A stretch of 60,671 bases of DNA. Source: Christensenellales bacterium. GTDB taxonomy: Bacteria > Bacillota > Clostridia > Christensenellales > CALWSW01. Made by a program: the position numbers and the translations under genes. How positions within the stretch are numbered: the first letter of the stretch is position 1; every line of letters begins with the position of its first letter. The notes under the pieces are model-generated. The model was not told the origin of the DNA. It saw only the letters and a program-made list of their open reading frames with translations, and ran no database searches. The stretch lies in the NCBI GenBank assembly GCA_050945915.1, contig JBMNTV010000003.1, forward strand, positions 1-60,671, written 5' to 3'. Shown piece by piece: positions 17,633-23,906 of this stretch.

Positions 17633-17991
17633 TTTCACCTGCTCTTCTTTGATTGGATTATGAAAATTGTGGCAATGTTTAACTCTCTGGGGCCTGAGGA
17701 TCGGAAGTTTGCACTTGGCTTGCTTGATGCAATTCGTCAAGTACCAAATACAAACATATAAGTTGTCGGTCGGTGAGTTCTTGTAATAACACTTCCGTCA
17801 TATTACCGCACCTGCCCTTTCTCCATCTTGCGAACGTCTGTTTGCTGCCATCATAAGAAGGTGAGAGCGATTTGTCAACACTTGGAAGGGAAATTATTTG
17901 GACAGTAACAGATATTTCTTGTATGAAGCCAATTTATCACAAGTTGTGAATGAATTGTCGAATAGATGATGGCTAAAATGTAAAAAAGCGT

Positions 17992-18009
17992 AAAATGAAC
18001 ACAAATTTG
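17992..18009 (+). repeat. Direct repeat, left copy (candidate attL)
   Basis: AAAATGAaCACAAATTTG. It matches 19822-19839 at 17 of 18 positions. Confidence 0.5.
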
Positions 18010-18029
18010 GAGGGCGATTGGAGGCCGAA

Positions 18030-18440
18030 ATGGAAACGTTAAATGTAATAGCGAAGATAGGAATAACCGCTATATATGGCTCGATACTATATGTGATCGT
18101 ATATGCCCTCTTGAAAGGCTATATCATGTATTTGGAAGACCTTAATGTCGAAACAGTAACCAAACAGTTCAAAATTAAATGCGCAATTGCTGTTCCTTTC
18201 GTTGTAGGCGCGTTCGTTTTGGCGGTCTGGATAATCAGATCATTCATTAAGAGCGGCGTTTATGGAGAAAACGCAAGCGGCGCGCTAACCATTATCGCGG
18301 TCATCGTCGCCCTTTTCGGGGTGCTTATAATTCACACTTGCCTGATTACATCAAAAAGATTCTGGAAGGACGCCCAAACCAAAAGGGAAATTGAAGACTT
18401 GCAGTACAAAATTAAAAAGCTAGAAGAAAGCCGTGAATAA
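18030..18440 (+). CDS. Hypothetical 3-TM protein with a C-terminal charged helix
   Basis: ATG 18030 lies 5 nt after GGAGG (the track ORF starts at TTG 18018). It has three hydrophobic helices, then KREIEDLQYKIKKLEESRE. I recognise no family. Confidence 0.55.
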   Translation: METLNVIAKIGITAIYGSILYVIVYALLKGYIMYLEDLNVETVTKQFKIKCAIAVPFVVGAFVLAVWIIRSFIKSGVYGENASGALTIIAVIVALFGVLIIHTCLITSKRFWKDAQTKREIEDLQYKIKKLEESRE

Positions 18441-18532
18441 ATAACACAAGACAAAGGAGGTCATCCGAATGAAAGAAAACCCCGCCCCCTTCTGGCGCCC
18501 AGGAATGCGGGGATGAAAGGAGGTTTTGCTAT

Positions 18533-19732
18533 ATGAAAAGGCAAAAAGACGGGAGGTATAAAAGTAAGGTTGTGGTTGGATATAATGCTGTGGGGGAGCC
18601 AGTAATCAAGTTTATATCCGGTCGGAACCCAAAAAGAGTTTAAGCAGAAGAAAGAAGAAATTCAGCGCCTATACATCACAGGAAACACGGAGCCTACCAG
18701 GCGCGAAGTTCTGTTCGGGGCATATGCTTGGGAATGGTACGAATTGTATAAACTGCCTAAATTGAAAGCAGCCGGCGTTAGTTATTACAAAACGGCGCTC
18801 AATCATATCGTCCCCGTATTTGGAGAGCGGCAAGTACGTTCCATCACTTCGCTTGATTTGCAAAGGTACCTTAATGCACTCGCTGAAAAATACAGTAAAT
18901 CATCAGTCGAGAGAAACTACTCAACCTTGAAGCAGATTTTCAAGCTGGCCACCGCTCAGTACATCATTGACCGTGATCCAATGCTGACAGTGGTATGCCC
19001 TGATGCGCCCGAGGGAAAGCGACGAGCTTTGACAGAAGCCAAAACTGCTGCCGCGCTGTATGTCGCTCGTACGCATAAGTATGGACTTCTCTGGATGCTC
19101 TTGTATTACACTGGCGCCCGCCTGGGCGAAGTTCTGGGACTGCAATGGCAGGACATTAACTTCAAAACACGCGAGATCACTTTTAGACGGGATATTGACT
19201 ATAAAGTTAAGATCGGGAAAAGCAAAGTCGGTGAGGTAAAGTCAGAATACAGCGAACGGACGATACCGATCGCCAACGAACTATATGAGGCGCTCAAAGC
19301 CGCCAGGTGCATCAGCACGTATGTCATTCGGGCACCTAAGAGCGACAGCCATCTGCCGCAATCCACCGCTCAAGATCGTATTGATACCCTTCGCCGAGCC
19401 ATGTATGAGTATGACAACACAATTGAGCATACAGATTCGCCCATGTACTTAAAGCGGCATAAGGACTATGAAAGAAAAAAACGAAAAAAGGAGTAAAGAC
19501 AAGGAAGTTCAAAAAAGAAAGGCCGATTCCACAGGTGTCCGTCATCACCCCCCACTATTTCCGACACAACTTTGCGACCCTCTGCTACTACAACGGCGTG
19601 GATGTGCTGACAGCGGCGGCGTGGCTGGGGCATAAGGACCCGACGATGATCATGAAAGTTTATGCGCATCTGGATAAGACAAAAGCACGTGATCCCGAAA
19701 AAATCAACAACATCTTCCGGGCAACCAGATAG
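18533..19732 (+). pseudogene. Tyrosine recombinase/integrase (phage-integrase family), split into three frames
   Basis: Frame 1 (18533-18643, AGGAGG SD) encodes MKRQKDGRYKSKVVVGYNAVGEPVIKFISGRNPK, an AP2-like arm-binding N-terminus. Frame 2 (open from 18606, ending at 19496) carries the SAM-like core-binding and catalytic regions (YYTGARLGEVLGLQWQDI). Frame 3 (19472-19732) carries ITPHYFRHNFAT...LGHKDPTMIMKVYAH. The frame switches fall at an A5 run (18631-18635) and within the A-rich tract 19471-19520. Confidence 0.8.
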
Positions 19733-19821
19733 GACGGAAAGTTCCGATTTCCCCGTCTTCCTCGAGATGGGGAATTTTTGGGAAGTAGGCAAAAAGTAGG
19801 CGAAACCTCTCTTTTGGAGGC

Positions 19822-19839
19822 AAAATGAGCACAAATTTG
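19822..19839 (+). repeat. Direct repeat, right copy (candidate attR)
   Basis: AAAATGAgCACAAATTTG. It lies just beyond the tRNA-Pro terminator and 90 nt after the integrase stop. Confidence 0.5.
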
Positions 19840-19854
19840 TGTTGGTTTGCAATA

Positions 19855-19896
19855 TAAAAAAGCCCGCAAACCTAGATAACCAGAGCATTTGCGGGC
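19855..19896 (-). terminator. Rho-independent terminator of tRNA-Pro
   Basis: On the minus strand: GCCCGCAAA ... TTTGCGGGC followed by TTTTTT. Confidence 0.8.
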
Positions 19897-19897
19897 A

Positions 19898-19974
19898 TGG
19901 TCGAGGTGACAAGATTTGAACTTGCGACCTTCTGGTCCCGAACCAGACGCGCTACCAAGCTGCGCTACACCTCG
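19898..19974 (-). tRNA. tRNA-Pro (anticodon CGG)
   Basis: Hand-folded 77-nt cloverleaf. The acceptor is CGAGGTG/CACCTCG, the D arm GCGC-AGCTTGGTA-GCGC, and the anticodon arm TCTGG-TTCGGGA-CCAGA. The variable loop is AGGTC and the T arm GCAAG-TTCAAAT-CTTGT. The discriminator is A and CCA is encoded. Confidence 0.9.
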
Positions 19975-19986
19975 ACAACGCATACT

Positions 19987-20015
19987 ATTTTACCCTGAAA
20001 GGAAGGTCATGTCAA
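19987..20015 (-). promoter_or_regulatory. Sigma-A-type promoter of tRNA-Pro
   Basis: On the minus strand: TTGACA (20015-20010), a 17-nt spacer, then TAAAAT (19992-19987). It lies ~12 nt before the tRNA 5' end. Confidence 0.65.
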
Positions 20016-20164
20016 GTATGCGCGATGTGCTTTTTCGCTCATTGCTTTTTCCCTCCACAAACTACATCGCCGGTCCGCGCGGTTGCTCTTCGGGCTGTAT
20101 ACATACACTCCGCATACGTTGCACAGCATCTCGTAGATCTGCGTGTATCTAACAGTTATAACAC

Positions 20165-20196
20165 AACCCCGCACAGGAATATTCCTGCGCGGGGTT
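20165..20196. terminator. Long near-perfect palindrome/hairpin downstream of the flavoprotein gene
   Basis: AACCCCGCACAGGAAT|ATTCCTGCGCGGGGTT, with 16-nt arms and one mismatch. Flanking U-runs are weak, so terminator function is probable but not certain. Confidence 0.5.
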
Positions 20197-20276
20197 CATT
20201 ATTATCGTTGATTCTCCTAAGTAGGTTTTACGCGTGGTGACTTGCAGCGCCCCATTATGAGCTAACTAAAGGAGAC

Positions 20277-21779
20277 TCAGTTAACACCTGCGTTTTTCAC
20301 TGCGCTTTCAGCGGAAATCTTACCCCAGGTGATGCAGAGACCGTTACCGATACCGCCGATTGTGCTGTGTCCAGCAACGTTGGCAGAACCGATGATTTCA
20401 CCAGCAAGATATACGTTGCCAATCTTGGATCCGTCTTCGCGAACGAGCTGTCCGTCAGCGTCGATGCGGGGACCGCCCTGGGTCATGAGGATGTAGGGAA
20501 CCGTCTTCACGGCGTAGATCGTGCCTTCGAAGGGGATGAGTCCATCCGTACGACCGAACACGGTATCCTTGCCCGCCTTCGCGTCCTCGTTGTACTTGTT
20601 CATGGTAGCAACAAGGCCGGGGATGTTGAGCTGGTTGGCAAGGTCTTCGAAGGAGTCAGCCTTGAACGCAAGGCCCTTTTCGATGAGTTCGTTCATGGTG
20701 GGCATGTTCTCATAGGTAGCGTTCAAGCCCATCATCGGACGGAAGAAAGCGACGTCGTCCTTCAGCATGTTTTCGGACACAAGAACGTAAATGATGTTCT
20801 GGTCAGTCGTACGCCAAATTCTGTCTCTGTCACCAGAGTTTGCAATCGGCTCATTCATGACGCGTTCGCCGGCGGTGTTGAGCCAGACCACGCCCTCGTA
20901 AGCAACATTGGCGCTCAAAGCAGCCTGGAAACCCTGCACAGGAATCGAGCCTGCATATGCAGCGCAATAGTCCATGTTGTCAAAGATGCCTCCAGCTTTA
21001 CGCGCAAAGTCGTAACCGCTACCCGTTGCTGTGGTAATAGCGAAGGAAGTTACGTTTGTAAACGCAAACTCTTTCAGCCACTTTTCGCTGTAGCCATATC
21101 CGCCAGTTGCGATAATGATGGATGGTGCGTGGTACTCTTTTCCGTCTGCGATTACGCCGATTACATCACCTTTATCATCCAGTATGATGTCTTCTACTTC
21201 CGTTTCGAGCAAGATCTGAGCTGTACCCTTTTGTACATACTCATCAAGCTTGGCAGTAAGTCCTTCAACGAAATAGGAAGCGTTGCCGGCTGCGGATCCC
21301 CCTGCGGTATAGGTGACACGCATGGTGTTCATGGGCAGATAGCTGCCATGGTCAACCTTGTCGCTCATTTCCACATAATTCTGTATCCAGTCGATTGCCG
21401 GACCAGATTCCTGAGCATGCTTGCGGGCGATCTCTTCGTTCAGGTTTTCCAATCCGCCGCCCATGTCAATGAAGTCCTGGAAGAATTTTTCGGGGCTGTC
21501 TTCGATCCCGGCGGCTTTTTGAATCTCATAACCCGCGCCGCTTAAGGAGCCCCCTGCCATATAGCCGGTTCCGCCAAGTCTGAGCTTTTCAAATAGCACA
21601 ACTTTCGCACCAAGTTCGCTTGCGCGTACAGCAGCAGTCAGTCCTGCCATACCGCCACCAACAACGATAACATCAGGTTTTACAGCTAAGTCCGAATCGG
21701 TTGCAGCTGGCGCACATCCTGATGCTACAAACATCATGATGCTCAACAGAAGGCAAAGAACACTTGTGATTTTCTTCAT
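20277..21779 (-). CDS. Secreted lipoprotein FAD-dependent oxidoreductase (FAD_binding_2; fumarate/urocanate-reductase-like flavoenzyme)
   Basis: 500 aa. It has a lipoprotein signal peptide with lipobox (LLSIMMFVASGC) and a Rossmann FAD motif (DVIVVGGGMAGLTAAVRASELGAKVVLFEK). The C-terminus GEIIGSANVAGHSTIGGIGNGL is typical of flavocytochrome-c-type reductases. Confidence 0.85.
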   Translation of the reverse strand: MKKITSVLCLLLSIMMFVASGCAPAATDSDLAVKPDVIVVGGGMAGLTAAVRASELGAKVVLFEKLRLGGTGYMAGGSLSGAGYEIQKAAGIEDSPEKFFQDFIDMGGGLENLNEEIARKHAQESGPAIDWIQNYVEMSDKVDHGSYLPMNTMRVTYTAGGSAAGNASYFVEGLTAKLDEYVQKGTAQILLETEVEDIILDDKGDVIGVIADGKEYHAPSIIIATGGYGYSEKWLKEFAFTNVTSFAITTATGSGYDFARKAGGIFDNMDYCAAYAGSIPVQGFQAALSANVAYEGVVWLNTAGERVMNEPIANSGDRDRIWRTTDQNIIYVLVSENMLKDDVAFFRPMMGLNATYENMPTMNELIEKGLAFKADSFEDLANQLNIPGLVATMNKYNEDAKAGKDTVFGRTDGLIPFEGTIYAVKTVPYILMTQGGPRIDADGQLVREDGSKIGNVYLAGEIIGSANVAGHSTIGGIGNGLCITWGKISAESAVKNAGVN

Positions 21780-21859
21780 GGTTTTTGTCTCCCTTGGAAC
21801 ATTTTATATCATATGACATCTGTCAAATGTCAATATGACTCAATACAACATTACCGCAA

Positions 21860-21887
21860 AGGATATCACAAATCAAAAAATTGTCAA
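21860..21887 (-). promoter_or_regulatory. Candidate promoter of the flavoprotein gene
   Basis: On the minus strand: TTGACA (21887-21882), a 16-nt spacer, then TATCCT (21865-21860). This is the same -35/-10 pair seen at the ylxM and DUF134 promoters. Confidence 0.5.
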
Positions 21888-21985
21888 TGTTAAGTTAAAC
21901 ATAATTAACTATTCACAGCCCACGAACTCTGCTCTTTACCATTCTTTTTTCATCTCTCTGTGAGGGATGTGGCAGGTCGTTCAAT

Positions 21986-22020
21986 CAAAAAAAACAGGAG
22001 CCCATGCGTAAAGCTCCTGT
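21986..22020 (-). terminator. Rho-independent terminator of the orphan 550-aa gene
   Basis: On the minus strand: ACAGGAGC-tttacgcatgg-GCTCCTGT followed by TTTTTTTT. Confidence 0.85.
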
Positions 22021-22031
22021 CTTATCATTCT

Positions 22032-23684
22032 TTATTTTACTTTCCTGGTAGTGTAGTTTTCCATATGTTCACCGCAATGTCCGACGATGATTTTCTGATG
22101 CTTTTCAGAAAAGCCGAAATGGATGCTTTGCTTCAGTTTTGGATAGGTGATATGCGGTTCAATATCGATGATCTCTCCGTCATATTCTGTCTGGAATTGC
22201 CGCATGAGCCTCTTGTCCTTCCGGGTCATGGATCCTTCGCCGCGTTTGCATTCAATTCCGGTGCTGTTTTTAAACTCTTTATAAGGATCGCAATTTCCCA
22301 TGATAAACAGCTCCCGCATTTCCATAGCCAGTGCAAAAAAGACTCTCCATTGTTCGCAAGGATCGAGCTTACAGGTTTTCGCAGACTTATAGGCATCATC
22401 CGAAAAATCAAGCTTTTCCAAAAAGATGTCGCGGAAAAACCTCATCACCGACTCTGGATCATCCGGCAGGCGTTCCAGTCTGCCCCTGTTCTCCAAAGCT
22501 GTTTCCAGTTGCGCGCATTTCCTGGCAGCTGTTTGATAGCTTTGAACTTGCACATTCAGTTTGTAGTTTTCTTCTTTCAGCTCCCTTTTTTCCTCTTCTA
22601 ACGCTTCGATACAATCTTCCAGAAGCAATCGACGCTCTTCTTCTTCGCTCAATATTTCCAGCGCTTCATTCTCAATATGATCCTTTTCTTTTTCAAGCTC
22701 TGCAATGCGCTTCCGCCTTTTGTGATGCTCCTTTAACTTCCTGCATTCCTCGATTCGGAAAAAAGAATCATAAAAGTTGACGTTCTGTGCCAATGCTCTG
22801 CGAAGCATTTGAAGGACACATTCAGACCCCCATTCTTCAATGGAAACGGCTTTGATATACCGATGACGATACGGGTCAGTTTGACTGTCCAAATCAATTT
22901 CGGGATAATAAATTCTGATTGTCCCGCCGTAGCAAGAATACTCTTTGGGACACAGGTACTTCATTTCTTCGGCAAAATCCGGCGAATTTGAAAAGAATAC
23001 AATGGCGTTGCCACAAATAACATCCGCCAGCCTTTCCGGGCAAACAAGCAGACGCGCCTCCTGGGAATCGGGATCAATATACGGACTGACATAAATGTAT
23101 GGAAGCTCGCGGTCTTTATCAATCAACCTGTCCCAGAAGTGTGGCCAGTCCCCCGTTTTCAATTCCTGTGGCGTGCACTCTACTGTATCCCTGCCGCTAT
23201 GACAATGAAGGTTCCTATCTCGCAATATGTGTTTAATCAGATTCGGCGTTGAAAGGCTGGGCGCTTCCTGCAGCAATCCCACAAAACCCGGCGCATCACG
23301 ATAAAAAAGGACGCAGGACAACACGGCAGAAGTTGAATCCTTCTGCTCATACCCAACCTCTGTAACCCACTGGCGCGGCGTATAGCCGGGTAGAGCCGTT
23401 CTCTTCTCGGTGATGCTGCAGGCCCAATACTGTCCGCCCTCATCATTCTCAAAATACTCTGACTTTATAATGATAGAGTTGTCTTCCGAAACAATGGATC
23501 CTCCCTTTTTAAGTCCGGTCCAACTGCGATTTTCGGTTGGAAGAATGTCGTTTTCCCTGTTCCACTTTCTTGTTTGCCAATTTTTGATATGAAGGACGAT
23601 TCTCCAAAGCAGATCATCTTCAGGTTGAATCGCGGTGATCGTGAATTTCGCTTTATAGAACATATTTGCATTAAGATCGAGCAT
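22032..23684 (-). CDS. Hypothetical 550-aa protein (N-terminal globular region, central coiled coil, small C-terminal domain); no family recognised
   Basis: The track ORF is 22032-23705. ATG 23684 lies 6 nt after GGAGGAAAG. It has its own terminator and a long uninterrupted frame in an A+T-rich stretch. See the findings. Confidence 0.75.
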   Translation of the reverse strand: MLDLNANMFYKAKFTITAIQPEDDLLWRIVLHIKNWQTRKWNRENDILPTENRSWTGLKKGGSIVSEDNSIIIKSEYFENDEGGQYWACSITEKRTALPGYTPRQWVTEVGYEQKDSTSAVLSCVLFYRDAPGFVGLLQEAPSLSTPNLIKHILRDRNLHCHSGRDTVECTPQELKTGDWPHFWDRLIDKDRELPYIYVSPYIDPDSQEARLLVCPERLADVICGNAIVFFSNSPDFAEEMKYLCPKEYSCYGGTIRIYYPEIDLDSQTDPYRHRYIKAVSIEEWGSECVLQMLRRALAQNVNFYDSFFRIEECRKLKEHHKRRKRIAELEKEKDHIENEALEILSEEEERRLLLEDCIEALEEEKRELKEENYKLNVQVQSYQTAARKCAQLETALENRGRLERLPDDPESVMRFFRDIFLEKLDFSDDAYKSAKTCKLDPCEQWRVFFALAMEMRELFIMGNCDPYKEFKNSTGIECKRGEGSMTRKDKRLMRQFQTEYDGEIIDIEPHITYPKLKQSIHFGFSEKHQKIIVGHCGEHMENYTTRKVK

Positions 23685-23777
23685 TCTTATCTTTCCTCCA
23701 CCCAATAAAACTTACAAGAACTTCATGCTGCGTATAATAATTGCATATTTTGTCGTTTTCCGCAAATAAATTTAATA

Positions 23778-23799
23778 AGGGAGTCCAAACGGACTCCCT
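23778..23799 (-). terminator. Hairpin terminator downstream of the 7TMR-DISM GGDEF gene
   Basis: AGGGAGTCC-aaac-GGACTCCCT, followed on the minus strand by a T-rich tract (TATTAAATTTATTT). Confidence 0.6.
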
Positions 23800-23906
23800 C
23801 ATACTACTTTTTTATAATTTGTCGATCGATTGTGATTGCGTAAGAGGCGGGCTTAAGCAGCGACGCGCCTGGCGGAAAAGGCTGGTTTGCGCGCATCATC
23901 CGGCTC

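Larger units (their letters stand above)
17992..19839 (+). mobile_element. Putative minimal or decayed integrative element next to tRNA-Pro
   Basis: An imperfect 18-nt direct repeat bounds the unit. It contains one small membrane protein gene and a tyrosine-integrase gene reading outward toward the tRNA. It looks A+T-rich relative to the flanking core genes by eye. Confidence 0.45.
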
